In this document: positions 8,687-19,479 of the stretch, piece by piece
Layout: each line of letters starts with the position of its first letter
How positions within the stretch are numbered: position 1 is the first letter of the stretch
IMG/VR virus record: IMGVR_UViG_3300035659_000022
Location: 1-51,792 of that record
DNA: 51,792 nucleotides
Reading direction: 5' to 3' (one strand)
From: a virus
Lineage: Duplodnaviria > Caudoviricetes
Notes under the pieces: model-generated
The model's database searches: none
Told to the model about the DNA's origin: nothing
What the model saw: the letters and a program-made list of their open reading frames with translations, nothing else
Made by a program: the position numbers and the translations under genes

Positions 8687-8893
8687 TTAGATGACCTGTA
8701 CCGGGGGACCTTTTCGACCTGGTACCGGCCACGATCCGCGATATTCAACTTGTATCAGCACTTGAGTAATTCTACGAAAGTTAGTAGGGGTTGCGTATTC
8801 GACTCCTGCCAGGACTTGAGTGACACGCCTAACATTAGTAGGGGTTGCGTATTCGACTTCGGTCAGAACCTGTGTAACTCTGCGATCAGCCAT
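8687..8893 (-). CDS. Small tandem-repeat virion protein (3 x RRVTQVLxxVEY)
   Basis: Three 18-aa (54-nt) repeats, also visible at DNA level. Confidence 0.7.
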   Translation of the reverse strand: MADRRVTQVLTEVEYATPTNVRRVTQVLAGVEYATPTNFRRITQVLIQVEYRGSWPVPGRKGPPVQVI

Positions 8894-8894
8894 A

Positions 8895-9905
8895 TTATCT
8901 CACAACCGCTCCCGCTTGCAGGGCATTTACTTTTGCTTCTGTCCAAGTAGGATCCTCGCCCCCTGCAGGGTCTACAAGGTACTCCGCAGATAAATAGCGT
9001 GCATAGGCAAGCGTCAAGGCTTGGTCTGCGCCCTGGGCGTCTGTCGTAGCGCTGCGTAGAAGTGTGGCAATCTTGTCTCCGTCTGCTGCCGTTTCCAGAG
9101 CATCTACCTCTACCCATACTCGAGCAATGGAAGCACCAGACGGCAGTCCAGCAAGATCAGATAAAAGGTAAGTGGACTTTTTGTTCACAGTAGACTCATA
9201 GACGTAGTCGGCATTGGCTGGGATCTCATTCACGCAATCCCAGGCGTTGCCAGTACTAGCAATCAGATCGGCGTATTCAGCCGCGCCAGTAATAGGGACT
9301 AAAGCGGCCAACACCCCACCATCTCCACACCAGGAATTGTCAACCGCGCCGGCGGTATCATTAAAGGCAATATCATCATACCAAGTGGCTTGAGCTGCTT
9401 GAGTACTCCTCAATTGAAACCTATTCATTGCAGCTTGTACATTTGTTGCACCGGACCAATCAAGAACAAGCGCCCCATCAAATTTAACCTGAAAAACTCC
9501 ATTGGGGGCTGCGGCGAGTTTGACATGAACCTCAAATATGTGCCACTCGGTGACAGACATACTGAACACAGAACTTGTTGCCCGCAGTGTCGTACCGTCA
9601 TACATCTCTATAGTTGCTGCGCCCGCGCCGAAGGTTTTGGTTCTTAATGAACCGGCCTCACTCGCATCGTTGAGCCACTCAAAAAAGCGAGCAACCCCCG
9701 CTGCATCAAACGCAACAGCAAAGCGGATATAAAATTCTGTTGTAGAGACAATAGTTCTTTCCGCGTAGGCAATACCAGAAGCGGAATAAATTTGATATGA
9801 ATAAACACCTGTCCTTTTCTTCACACTACTGACCCAACCGCCAGGTGTGGTTGACCACCTCAGCATATCACCACTTTCTGCACCATCTGTAAATAGTCGA
9901 GTCAT
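8895..9905 (-). CDS. Tail-associated or receptor-binding protein with a lectin-like (LamG/ConA) beta domain
   Basis: AGGAG RBS before ATG 9905; W/F-rich beta pattern (EWHIFEVHVK, WYDDIAF); lies in the tail-fibre region. Confidence 0.55.
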   Translation of the reverse strand: MTRLFTDGAESGDMLRWSTTPGGWVSSVKKRTGVYSYQIYSASGIAYAERTIVSTTEFYIRFAVAFDAAGVARFFEWLNDASEAGSLRTKTFGAGAATIEMYDGTTLRATSSVFSMSVTEWHIFEVHVKLAAAPNGVFQVKFDGALVLDWSGATNVQAAMNRFQLRSTQAAQATWYDDIAFNDTAGAVDNSWCGDGGVLAALVPITGAAEYADLIASTGNAWDCVNEIPANADYVYESTVNKKSTYLLSDLAGLPSGASIARVWVEVDALETAADGDKIATLLRSATTDAQGADQALTLAYARYLSAEYLVDPAGGEDPTWTEAKVNALQAGAVVR

Positions 9906-9927
9906 GTTATTCTCCTGTAGGGTAGCA

Positions 9928-10689
9928 TTACCAAAGATTATACTTCGCTCTGAAGTATTCCTCAACAGCAGCCCTTGTTACCGCGTCTGTAGAATGATCA
10001 ACATCGTAAACTGCTATTTCCGCAATGTCTCCTGTTAGGCACCTACTGCTGTCAGCACTCTCTCCAATCGCGAAACCATCATTGCCAGAACCGGCTGCAC
10101 CACCTGCATAAGAATTAATAAGAGTTCCGTTCTTATAAATCTTTGGGGTTGTTGTGGCAGCATCGGTATAAAGGCAGACAAGTACTGCAGCAGTGCCATA
10201 ACCTATGCCCGAGTTGATCCAACGGACGTATTCATAAAGTGCGATCATGTTGTTGCCGTTGCCGTCAAAATCGTTGCCGCCGACACCGAGGGCTATACCG
10301 CCACCGCCCTGACCATTCTTAAGTGTAGTCCCTTTAACCGATGCTGCATACTTAACAACCGTATAATAGGACGCAGTTGCGATTGTAGGCGTTGCCTTCG
10401 CTGGTGCAAGTAAACCCTGCGAGGCCGAGTTATCAAATCTTACAATGGGCAAACCATTTATAATATTAGTCTTAAAAATAGGGCGCTTTGAGTCTGTTGC
10501 TTGAACAGGAGAGTTTCCGATTATCAGTTCGGTCCAGGTTGCGACATGATCGCCATCATTCAGGGTAAGCTTATCAGCTGAGACACGAAACTTCAGATGC
10601 TCTACTGGCGGACCTTCGGCCAATGGCTGTACACCAGGAATGTATCCCAAACTTCGTGTACGCCTGTAGTGAGTCAGATAGTCGGGCAT
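9928..10689 (-). CDS. LamG/ConA-like tail-associated protein
   Basis: ATWTELI...QATDSKRP...NGLPIVRFD...GDIAEIAVYD...EEYFRAKY, a pattern typical of phage LamG-like domains. Confidence 0.6.
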   Translation of the reverse strand: MPDYLTHYRRTRSLGYIPGVQPLAEGPPVEHLKFRVSADKLTLNDGDHVATWTELIIGNSPVQATDSKRPIFKTNIINGLPIVRFDNSASQGLLAPAKATPTIATASYYTVVKYAASVKGTTLKNGQGGGGIALGVGGNDFDGNGNNMIALYEYVRWINSGIGYGTAAVLVCLYTDAATTTPKIYKNGTLINSYAGGAAGSGNDGFAIGESADSSRCLTGDIAEIAVYDVDHSTDAVTRAAVEEYFRAKYNLW

Positions 10690-10693
10690 AGGG

Positions 10694-11053
10694 TTAGTCC
10701 GTTATCGCATTCACAAAACCATGGATCGTTATTACGTTTGCAGCAGCTGCGAAAGCAGTTACTGCACAACCATTCTGTAGAGGGAGACCAGGAACAATCA
10801 ACATCAATCCTGACTGGGATGCAACATTGACCTTAATTGTATCATCAGGCACTGTGACGCCGCCGAATTCTATGGTCAGTAACCGCGTAACAGTATCACT
10901 ATTGTAAGCAAATAACCATATTTCATCATAGGTGCCTGGTGTAGTTCCGGCCACAGCAGTATGAACGGTTGTACCTAGCGTTGCAGTTGCTACAACCTTG
11001 ATCCCTCTTCCGTTTGTCGAACCCGATAGTTTTCTCTTTACGGCAGTTGCCAT
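10694..11053 (-). CDS. Small virion structural protein (tail fibre accessory)
   Basis: GGAG RBS; beta-rich 119 aa; follows the fibre gene. Confidence 0.55.
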   Translation of the reverse strand: MATAVKRKLSGSTNGRGIKVVATATLGTTVHTAVAGTTPGTYDEIWLFAYNSDTVTRLLTIEFGGVTVPDDTIKVNVASQSGLMLIVPGLPLQNGCAVTAFAAAANVITIHGFVNAITD

Positions 11054-11064
11054 ATTATGTCTCC

Positions 11065-13104
11065 TTAACTAAATACTTGAACTACCAAAAAGTCTGCCCC
11101 GCCGCCACCGCCCGGAATTGTCACGAGGGTTTTTGAACTGCCTGGAACATCGGTAACAGTAACTCCCACCCCTGCAAAGTCAAGATTTGGTTCGGCAGCA
11201 AGCGGCGTTCCCTCATCTTGAATAACGTGACCCCCGCCTGCACCCGGCGCACCACCATCTCTTATAAGTTTCCCAGTCGTCGTATCAAAAACAGCCATGT
11301 TCCCATCAACAGCATCTGCTGGACCTACTACATCGCCACCGCCTGCAGGAACTGTACCACCATCCTTGATATGATAACCATCTGTATCGAATACTGCTAG
11401 ATGTTCATCGGTTGCAACAGCATCACCATAAACATCGCCGCCTGCACTAGGTGAACTCACCCAGCCTGCATCTTGTCTCGAGTAGGGCGTGCTATCTATA
11501 GGCGCTTCTTCTATACCTGCTTCGGGGAGATCTTTTGCCTCCCACTGGTCGTTTACGTCAACCCACGTTAAGACTTGTGCATCACCTGGAGTAATATCTG
11601 CATCAACAGTCGTCCCAGCGATTGCGGCTGCGTCATCTACAATGCCATCATCATCAGTGTCATAGATGGACTTAAGCATATCCCCCACCTCCCCCATAGG
11701 AGAGTTAAATGTAGCAATAACGTGAACGGTTAAGTCTTCACCTGCGTAGGTACTTCCAACTTGGTCCATATCAGCTGATAAGTAGTCGCCATCAGCCCAA
11801 GAAGTATCGTCCACAGTTACTGAAAAACCAGTGTGTGCACCATCGGCAATCTGTGGTCGATGTGCCTGGTTCGTGAAGATAGTTGTTCCGTTCTTATGAA
11901 CATCTACAATAATCGCAGCCCCAGTCGGCGCGACAGTAGCTGTAAGATAAACCTGAGAGATGGTTGCCGTTACACCTAGTTTGTTGTATATCCGGATCGT
12001 ACCACCAACAGCAGTTAACCTACCTTCAAAGGTAAAAACAGCTGCACGTGTTGCTATTGGCGCTCCCTCTATCGTAACCATCGTGGCAGCATTGCCTGGA
12101 TCGTTTTCTGCCAAGACACCTGTACCTTTGAAGTTTAGGTTTGGTTGTACCGCTAGTGGAGTACCTTCATCTTGTATTACGTGACCGCCTCCCGGGATTG
12201 TCACCAAAGTCTTAACACTACCTGGAACATCTGTGACTGTTACTCCTGCTCCCGCGAAGTCGAGATTTGGCTCAGCATCAAGAGGTACCCCTTCGTCCTG
12301 GATAACGTGACCACCACCGGTACCGCCACCGGTAGAAACAAATCGTAAGTCTACGAAGTCATTGACGTTGCCGGTACAGCGTAGTGCTGTTTGGCCATAG
12401 TATAGCTTGGCCGCACAAATAGCTCTGTCTCCGTCTTCCAACTCTGGGATGTCAGTTTCTGTTAGCATCATGTATGCTGAGATGAATGGGTCCGCCTGTT
12501 CCGCTACAAGATCGCCATCTCGAACTGCAAAGATCCCATCTATATCAGCAACGATGACGGCGAATCTTGCACAACCCGTAGTAATGGATGTGACACTGTC
12601 TGCTAGACTGACATTAGTTATCTGAGAGTACACCTTCCAACCAGTGGTCGTGCGGTAAGCATTTGGGTAGATATCTACAGTCAATGTACTAACAACAGGG
12701 TAATACATCGAAGGTAGGAACTGTTCGCCTCGAACATAGACAGTATCTCCACTCGGCCACTCATGTTGTTTGTGGTGCCAGACAGGACCAACCCCAGTAC
12801 CAACACCAACACCAACACCAGGAACACCATAGAACGAATCTCGCACTCCCAAAACTTGTAAGGTACCTGGATAGCTACTAGCCGGATCATAACCAATTTT
12901 GACTTCTAGCCCTGATAGATTGGGAACACGAACATTTAGAACATTATCAAGGACTACCCCAGTCTTAAGTGTTACATAGATTATCGACGTCTTACCTGGT
13001 ACTTCTATGATACCCGTCGAGAGATTACCAATAACGCCAAACAAAACGTTGGGCTTCTGTTGGTAAATCTCTAATCGCTTGGTTACAGCATCTTTTATCT
13101 TCAT
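11065..13104 (-). CDS. Tail fibre protein with internal modular repeats
   Basis: GGHVIQDEGxPL...PNL x3, GGDVxGxA..D...AVFDT x2, Gly-rich linkers; likely start ATG 13104. Confidence 0.7.
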   Translation of the reverse strand: MKIKDAVTKRLEIYQQKPNVLFGVIGNLSTGIIEVPGKTSIIYVTLKTGVVLDNVLNVRVPNLSGLEVKIGYDPASSYPGTLQVLGVRDSFYGVPGVGVGVGTGVGPVWHHKQHEWPSGDTVYVRGEQFLPSMYYPVVSTLTVDIYPNAYRTTTGWKVYSQITNVSLADSVTSITTGCARFAVIVADIDGIFAVRDGDLVAEQADPFISAYMMLTETDIPELEDGDRAICAAKLYYGQTALRCTGNVNDFVDLRFVSTGGGTGGGHVIQDEGVPLDAEPNLDFAGAGVTVTDVPGSVKTLVTIPGGGHVIQDEGTPLAVQPNLNFKGTGVLAENDPGNAATMVTIEGAPIATRAAVFTFEGRLTAVGGTIRIYNKLGVTATISQVYLTATVAPTGAAIIVDVHKNGTTIFTNQAHRPQIADGAHTGFSVTVDDTSWADGDYLSADMDQVGSTYAGEDLTVHVIATFNSPMGEVGDMLKSIYDTDDDGIVDDAAAIAGTTVDADITPGDAQVLTWVDVNDQWEAKDLPEAGIEEAPIDSTPYSRQDAGWVSSPSAGGDVYGDAVATDEHLAVFDTDGYHIKDGGTVPAGGGDVVGPADAVDGNMAVFDTTTGKLIRDGGAPGAGGGHVIQDEGTPLAAEPNLDFAGVGVTVTDVPGSSKTLVTIPGGGGGADFLVVQVFS

Positions 13105-13111
13105 AGCTATT

Positions 13112-16100
13112 CTAGACACAAACGTTATATATATTAACAGGGCCAAGACCTGCAGACCAGGGGACGATTACGCTCGCTGCAATTATTTGCAATGCCCCTT
13201 CTTGATGCACGGTAACATCACGAACAGATGGGTTTGGGAGGGCGGTTTGGGCACAACCAGCGTGCCACGTCCCGCCCCACGAATTTACAGGGTCAGGATC
13301 CCCTGCTACGATACCTGTAAAATAGATAAGACCGAAATAATCCCACTGACAAAGGCTTGCTCCATACCCTGGGCCTACAGGAATAAGAGGACCCGCTGAT
13401 CCAATTCCTCCTCCAGCACTAATTTGGATATGACACAAAAATTTAGAAGATAGTCCTGGCTGCAATTTAAGATTTCCTGACACGTAGGGAAACGCTGCAT
13501 AGTACCACCAAATACCAGCACCATAGGTATCGGCTCCCCAGTAAAACAGCAGTTGGTTCGTACCAGGGAAATATAGCTCCTGATGTGTAATTTCACAATG
13601 GGAAGAGCCATAACCGTACGGAGTGGCTTCAGCACCTGACTCCTCTTGAATTATTGGTGGGCCTTCACTATCCCCTCCTGCATCCATCACTAGTTCGTAC
13701 CCAGCTATAGAGGTAGCAGCAGACTGAGCGAAAGTACCTTCCATGGTATAGACATTGCCGTTAATTGAGAGCACAGATAAGTTGCCGACAGCAACTCGTG
13801 TTCCGCTTGCATCGATACCATAAAGGTGTACGTGCGAGTAAGAATTTCCCCTGTTAATAATATTGAATATAAGAACCGTTCGATTAACTGCTGCTCCCGA
13901 GCGGAGAGTACTTGTGTGCCACAAGTATGTGCTATGAGTCCCAGGTGTCGTGAAACTCCCATCTATCCACGGTCTATCCCAATTGGCAAAGAATGGACCG
14001 TTTGCCGGAGAATCATCTAGGCAATCTTCTGACGGCGGTGGGGGAGGAGGAGGCGGCGGTGGCGGTGTCACAATAATCGGAATAATTGGGGGGAATATGG
14101 GGATTGGGTACTCAATAGGCGGAATGTCATCAGGTGGTTCAACGATGATGGGGATATCACCTGTAACCACGTTGACTACTTCAACAGTCTCAGGTTCGCC
14201 ATCGACCTCGATTGATATGCTTTTAGCCTTGTCGTTGAATGCAATGGTCATTCCTCTTACAAATATGTTGTTGCTGATAGTGATCTCTCGGGGATTCATG
14301 TCAGTATCTGTTACCACAAACAGTTGTTGCTGCGGACACACGTCTACCAGTCTCATATTACAGGCTAACTCAATACGCAAGTCGGGATATTCGTTATTAC
14401 GTTGAGCTAGAATGCGTGCAGCTAATTCGTTACAATGATCCTGGTCTGCTACAATTATCTTGTCTATCCCTTCTGTCCTACCATACCTACCCATAACATG
14501 ACCATGAGCTAGCGCTCGTACCGCGTACCCTGTCACACCGTCAAACCAGACACCTGAAAGGTCAATCGTGCTAGTTGGGTCGACAGTCGAGCGCTCAACT
14601 TCTATCTCGCCTATGCGATCATATGCTTCAATGGTCATCACGTTAATGAAGTTTCTTTCGCCAAGTGGGACGTACTGGCCGTTAACTTCTATAAACAATC
14701 GTCCATACCGGTCACAACACGCCGTAGCTAACATCGTGCTGTACGCTTGACCTGTTATTTGTTCCCATAAAGAGCCTACTGACACCGACTCCATAGTGGG
14801 TATCAACTGAGTACTCCCCGTCAGTTTAACATCTATTACCACAGTAGCAGTAGAGCGCCAATGAAGCAGATCCCACAAGCCCTTGTCTACTGTCAGGTCT
14901 AGTACGTAGTTCCACTCTGTTGGGGCAGTCTCACTATGTCGTAGACCGGATATGAAGCCCTCCATTTGGTTGAGCCAGTAGTTAGGGCCGTGAGCGGTGA
15001 ATGAAGCAGTCCCGCCGTCGATATCTAGTTTCAAGTCCTCTTTGTCTATCCAGCCACTGGCTATAATGTTCTCGCATCCGGGGATCTGCCCGATGCTAAG
15101 CTCCGTATGACCATTTAGTATTTGGATGGTTACAGAGGCACCAGCTGATTCGTCTACCAAAGATTCTGCAACAACGAGGTAGGACGAGCCGCTGCCAGAG
15201 AGGACAGTGAAAGTACCACGGTTGTGGGCCGACCCACTTACTTGAATAGTTGATCCTGCGAGGAATATATCTAGTCCCGAAGACTTCTTTATCTTGTGTG
15301 AGGAGGCCTCAAATGATATCGCTGCAGAAGTTAGGTGACTAGTTACATCCCCATACCAGTCTCGTGCAAACAAAATCACCTGTGCTCGGTCACGAACTAA
15401 GTCCAGGTCGGCGTGGCCGTACATAGTCACTTTGAAGTCCCAGCCGCCGCCCTGATAATCTCCGCGGCAGGATGCGAGTTTGAAGTCGCTAACTGGTAGT
15501 GACGTATCGTCATACACTACTGTAACACGACGTCCTGTAAAGCTCTTACCACCGATTGTCACTTCACAAGAAACTCGGTGCGTCCCAGGTGTGTGGAAGT
15601 GGATGGTTGGATTGGCTACAGAAGCGTTATCAATCGTGCCGGTTGCGGCAGTCCACGCATAAGTTTTTGCACCTGATGAACTAAGGCAGTAGGATTCGGA
15701 CGCGTCCATTTGGGTGGAAACACTGTTACCTGGGTGCGCAGCCAAAACACCTTTATAAAACAACACGCGGTCTGGCCCCAGCACTGGCACAGGGTCTAGC
15801 AGTTCGTGCTGATCAGTGTACACAACGTTTCTATCCATGTAGTCAATGTGCTCGTCGCCGGACTGAACATACTTGTGGCGAGGCCATAGTCCATACTCGT
15901 CGATAACAGTCAAATGCATGTCATCAGCGAATTTCACTTCAGATGTTTCGCCGATGTAGAGCAGTGTGTCAGTGGCGGGGACTTCGGCTACACCGTCCTT
16001 ACGTATTCGCGCTATTCCCAAGTCACAGCCTTCCTCCTCAGATCCTACTAACAAGGTCATATCAGGGAGGATATTAGCCCAAGAGCCAGGCACGTCGATG

Positions 16101-16264
16101 GTGTCGTACTCTATACTAGCAATCATATCGTTGTTAATGCTGGCGTTGTTGACTAGAGCCTTGAACACTATCGCAGGTTGGGGGAAAGCTAAATACAACC
16201 GACTGTGCTGCCCGTCGGTTCTCAAGTACGCTTTCTCGACGTCGGAAGCCTCTCTAATAGCCAT
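13112..16264 (-). CDS. Large tail tip / baseplate hub protein
   Basis: 1050 aa, directly after the distal-tail position; PKD-like segment, poly-Pro linker, distinct C-terminal domain. Confidence 0.65.
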   Translation of the reverse strand: MAIREASDVEKAYLRTDGQHSRLYLAFPQPAIVFKALVNNASINNDMIASIEYDTIDVPGSWANILPDMTLLVGSEEEGCDLGIARIRKDGVAEVPATDTLLYIGETSEVKFADDMHLTVIDEYGLWPRHKYVQSGDEHIDYMDRNVVYTDQHELLDPVPVLGPDRVLFYKGVLAAHPGNSVSTQMDASESYCLSSSGAKTYAWTAATGTIDNASVANPTIHFHTPGTHRVSCEVTIGGKSFTGRRVTVVYDDTSLPVSDFKLASCRGDYQGGGWDFKVTMYGHADLDLVRDRAQVILFARDWYGDVTSHLTSAAISFEASSHKIKKSSGLDIFLAGSTIQVSGSAHNRGTFTVLSGSGSSYLVVAESLVDESAGASVTIQILNGHTELSIGQIPGCENIIASGWIDKEDLKLDIDGGTASFTAHGPNYWLNQMEGFISGLRHSETAPTEWNYVLDLTVDKGLWDLLHWRSTATVVIDVKLTGSTQLIPTMESVSVGSLWEQITGQAYSTMLATACCDRYGRLFIEVNGQYVPLGERNFINVMTIEAYDRIGEIEVERSTVDPTSTIDLSGVWFDGVTGYAVRALAHGHVMGRYGRTEGIDKIIVADQDHCNELAARILAQRNNEYPDLRIELACNMRLVDVCPQQQLFVVTDTDMNPREITISNNIFVRGMTIAFNDKAKSISIEVDGEPETVEVVNVVTGDIPIIVEPPDDIPPIEYPIPIFPPIIPIIVTPPPPPPPPPPPSEDCLDDSPANGPFFANWDRPWIDGSFTTPGTHSTYLWHTSTLRSGAAVNRTVLIFNIINRGNSYSHVHLYGIDASGTRVAVGNLSVLSINGNVYTMEGTFAQSAATSIAGYELVMDAGGDSEGPPIIQEESGAEATPYGYGSSHCEITHQELYFPGTNQLLFYWGADTYGAGIWWYYAAFPYVSGNLKLQPGLSSKFLCHIQISAGGGIGSAGPLIPVGPGYGASLCQWDYFGLIYFTGIVAGDPDPVNSWGGTWHAGCAQTALPNPSVRDVTVHQEGALQIIAASVIVPWSAGLGPVNIYNVCV

Positions 16265-16671
16265 TAAGGGTCTTCCTGCAGTTCCAACTGCCTAAATTCA
16301 AGGGTGAAGTCGAGAGCCTTGGTGTTGTCAGTTTCCTCGTCAATCGATGGCCATATCATCTGACACAAAAAGTACTTGGGAGCTCCGGCGTTGTCCTTGG
16401 TATATGTACGTATGTATACTGCCGATGATACTCCCGGGCAGAATTCACGTAGTTTGTCTCTCATGTTCCTTGGGAGGAAACCCCAGTGCCATGATGCAAC
16501 AGGAGCACCAATACCCCGTTTGCTCCCGTCAGCTAATTCTACTATTGATGAGTACAACGAGAACGTAGACTTAGGTGGAATGATAGGGACCGCAAGTTCC
16601 TCTAAGTTGGTTATCGGGTCTGCCCCTCCCGTCATAGTAGTGCCGATCATAAAGAGATATCGAGTAGTCAT
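16264..16671 (-). CDS. Distal tail / minor tail protein
   Basis: Directly after the tape measure gene; size and beta pattern fit. Confidence 0.55.
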   Translation of the reverse strand: MTTRYLFMIGTTMTGGADPITNLEELAVPIIPPKSTFSLYSSIVELADGSKRGIGAPVASWHWGFLPRNMRDKLREFCPGVSSAVYIRTYTKDNAGAPKYFLCQMIWPSIDEETDNTKALDFTLEFRQLELQEDP

Positions 16672-19190
16672 TGTTTCATCGCCTCCGCAACCACCTCATA
16701 TGAAACTTCGTACATATCGCGTCTAATGGCTGCACGATCAGCTTCGGTTACGCCAGTAAACTGTATGGTACGTTGGTCTACATACCTGCCGCCACGGCCG
16801 CCCCCGCCCATCATAGCAGCAAGAATACGCTCTTGAGACAGCTGGCCTCCAATAGCACGTTCTGCTATTTGTGTAGAGCGGTTGTTCAAAACGAACTCTT
16901 TTTTCCGTCCCTCTCCTAACCAGTAAAGGCCGTAATCGGCGTACCCACCGGCCGCTTTGGTGCCGGTAGGAGCTGGCAAGTTTAGTTGAGCGGCCCTAAT
17001 CAACCACGCTCGAAAGCTCGCGACCATTTTAGCCGTGGCAGCTTGAACAGCTGCAAGATCACCCAAGATAGCTGCATCGAGACTTCGCAGCCTATCTTTG
17101 AAAGCCGTCTCCAACGTGGAGATTTGTTCTCTGTAGGAGTCAGCAAGTGCTGCCACTTGGTCGTCATACTCGGCCTTCGCGCGCGCCACAGCATCCGCAT
17201 GGTCAGCGGCCATCTGTTCCATCTCGATCTTGTGTTGTGCCGCGTTGTCGGCTAGTCTCTGTAGAAAGTCGCGCCGCCTTGTAGCACGCTCCTGAGCGAA
17301 CTGTGATTCCATCTCGCGCAAGCGTGCCGCAGTCTCACTACTAAGCCGACTAACTTCTAATGCAAAGTCTTCTTCTTTACGCCGACGTTCCAACTCATAT
17401 TGCTCGTCCTCGCGTATCATTGCCAGCCCGTCACGAGTTTCGAGTAAGTCTCTTTGCCTAATCTCGTGATCTTCCAAATCGCGGGCCATCCCGAGCTGGT
17501 GGTCCTGTTCCATTTCCTGAAGTCTCTTATTGTTGTCCGCCAGAGCTTGTGTTCTACTCGCGTAGTATTGACGCTGTGCGTCCCCCTCGCTTTGTATGTA
17601 GGCACGCCAGTCTCGAGAAACTCCAAGATGGTAACTTGTTTCTGCCGCCGCTCGCTGCTTGGCGTAGTCTGCAGCGGTCTGTGTACGTTGCTTCTCGTAG
17701 GCAACCTCTAAGGCTGCTCGCTGCTTGCCGTAAGACTCAGTAGCAGCAGTTATCTGTTTGTTGTAGTCTATGTACAGTTGGAGGTTTTGCTTTACAAATA
17801 AGTCCATGTAGGCGGCAGTACCTGCTGCAGGCGCCTTCTCGCCTTCAAGTTTGAGGGGCAACCAACTTACAATTTTCCATATGGCCTTGGTAGCGGTATC
17901 TGATAGTACTCCAATTTTCTCTAACCCAAGGAGAGCAGCACCCCAAATACTCGCCGAACCTTTTTCAAAGGTGGCCAGAATGTCTCTGAACCCCTGCTTT
18001 TCGTACTCAGGACCATATATTAACTTCGCGATTGCATTGCCTAGGGATAACCCGACTTCAGCTCCGATGATGAGAGCGGCGGCTGTTATCATGACCGTCC
18101 CTACAGACAGCTTGGTAGCAGTAGCTGCTGCGGTCGGTGCTACAGTTGCTACCGCAGGTGAAACATACCGACCAGTTGCTAAACTATAATATCCGCCGGC
18201 TTTAAGGCCATAACCAGCTGCGAGCGTCGCCTTTGCTGCAGCACTAGCTACAGTAGCAGCAGTAGCAGCTGCAGTAGCGGCAGTACCGGCGGCAGTAGCG
18301 CCAGCAGCCCCCGCTTTCCAGACTGCCGCCTCGGCTAACCTAGCTTTTTCCCAAGCGGCTGCTGTCCCTGTAGCCTGAGCGATCGCCGCTGTCCGCTGAG
18401 CTGTTGCTACTAGCCCTGTAGTTGCAGCTCCTGCAAGAGGTACGCCGGTAACTTGTAGTGTAGCGGCTGCCATATGTATATTGGCTGCTTCAAGGTCTAC
18501 GGCAGCTGCCGCCGCGTTTGTGGCCGATGCTGCTTCCACTGCAGCCGCGGCGGCCACCTGAGCACGTGTTGCTAGCATATAGCCGATGTCGGCGTAAATC
18601 TTGAAGCCCTTAGAGACTGCTATGCCTATAGCAGAGAGAACAGCGACTACGCCCGCTACGTTTACAGCCGCCTTGAGTAAGTCCGGATGCTTCTCAGCAA
18701 ATGTAGCTGCCTTGTCCGCCAACGCAGCAGCCTTTTCAAGCAATGGTAACATCACCCCCGCTAGCACAGCCCCTCCGCGAGTCTGGGAGGTTGCTAGGCT
18801 GTCGGCCGCTACCCGCCACGCTTGAATAACAGGTGTAGAAGCCTTAGCGTTGTTAACAAACTTGGTCGCCCAAGCGGCCGCCCCGACAAATATAGCAGTA
18901 CTAGCAAGGGCTGTAATTTGGAACACTTCCCCCATGGAACGGGCGGTGAATTGTAACCGGCGCCAGGCGGATTGTGTCCGCAGGGCTTCAGTTGCTTGAG
19001 CCTTCAGACCCTTTATGACGTTTTCCTGAGCGGCCTTGGCGGCGGTTTCGTCTGCAGTTTGTTTTCGTATCTTATCGAGCTCTTCACTAATAGAAGATAT
19101 ACCCTGCTCAACTCTTTTTTGAGCAGCCTCATCGAGCTCGAACCGCAGTATTACAGCAACATCAGCGTCTGCCCTACCGAATGCCGTCAT
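16668..19190 (-). CDS. Tape measure protein
   Basis: 840 aa, Ala-rich, coiled coil, hydrophobic segments; follows the chaperone pair. Confidence 0.85.
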   Translation of the reverse strand: MTAFGRADADVAVILRFELDEAAQKRVEQGISSISEELDKIRKQTADETAAKAAQENVIKGLKAQATEALRTQSAWRRLQFTARSMGEVFQITALASTAIFVGAAAWATKFVNNAKASTPVIQAWRVAADSLATSQTRGGAVLAGVMLPLLEKAAALADKAATFAEKHPDLLKAAVNVAGVVAVLSAIGIAVSKGFKIYADIGYMLATRAQVAAAAAVEAASATNAAAAAVDLEAANIHMAAATLQVTGVPLAGAATTGLVATAQRTAAIAQATGTAAAWEKARLAEAAVWKAGAAGATAAGTAATAAATAATVASAAAKATLAAGYGLKAGGYYSLATGRYVSPAVATVAPTAAATATKLSVGTVMITAAALIIGAEVGLSLGNAIAKLIYGPEYEKQGFRDILATFEKGSASIWGAALLGLEKIGVLSDTATKAIWKIVSWLPLKLEGEKAPAAGTAAYMDLFVKQNLQLYIDYNKQITAATESYGKQRAALEVAYEKQRTQTAADYAKQRAAAETSYHLGVSRDWRAYIQSEGDAQRQYYASRTQALADNNKRLQEMEQDHQLGMARDLEDHEIRQRDLLETRDGLAMIREDEQYELERRRKEEDFALEVSRLSSETAARLREMESQFAQERATRRRDFLQRLADNAAQHKIEMEQMAADHADAVARAKAEYDDQVAALADSYREQISTLETAFKDRLRSLDAAILGDLAAVQAATAKMVASFRAWLIRAAQLNLPAPTGTKAAGGYADYGLYWLGEGRKKEFVLNNRSTQIAERAIGGQLSQERILAAMMGGGGRGGRYVDQRTIQFTGVTEADRAAIRRDMYEVSYEVVAEAMKQ

Positions 19191-19479
19191 TTAAGTCACC
19201 GGTTCCTGTTTTCTACGCTTGTCATGTTGAACTTCAATTCGCGTATACAAATCGTCAAGTAACATAACTACGTTCAATATTCTAGAGGGTATGCCCAGCG
19301 AGGCGGCAAAGTCGAGACGCCTGCCAGTTGCTCGCCACAACAGCCACCACCCCCAGTACTTAAAGATCTCCTCTATGGGCAAGTCAAGGTAATCAGGTAA
19401 GTCGCCTACACCGCTTCTACCGCTCTCGAATGCCGCGATCAGTCTTTCGTAGACTTTATCGGCTTCTTCTCTTTTTTTT
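19191..19479 (-). CDS. Tail assembly chaperone, -1 frameshifted extension (gpGT-like)
   Basis: The -1 frame is open from the A8 run (19472-19479): KREEADKVYERLIAAF...DLPIEEIFKYWGWW...EPVT*. Confidence 0.75.

Noticed and set aside
11065-16264. Diversity-generating retroelement acting on tail genes
   Set aside because: No reverse transcriptase is present, and the repeat copies are in-frame coding modules without adenine-specific differences.
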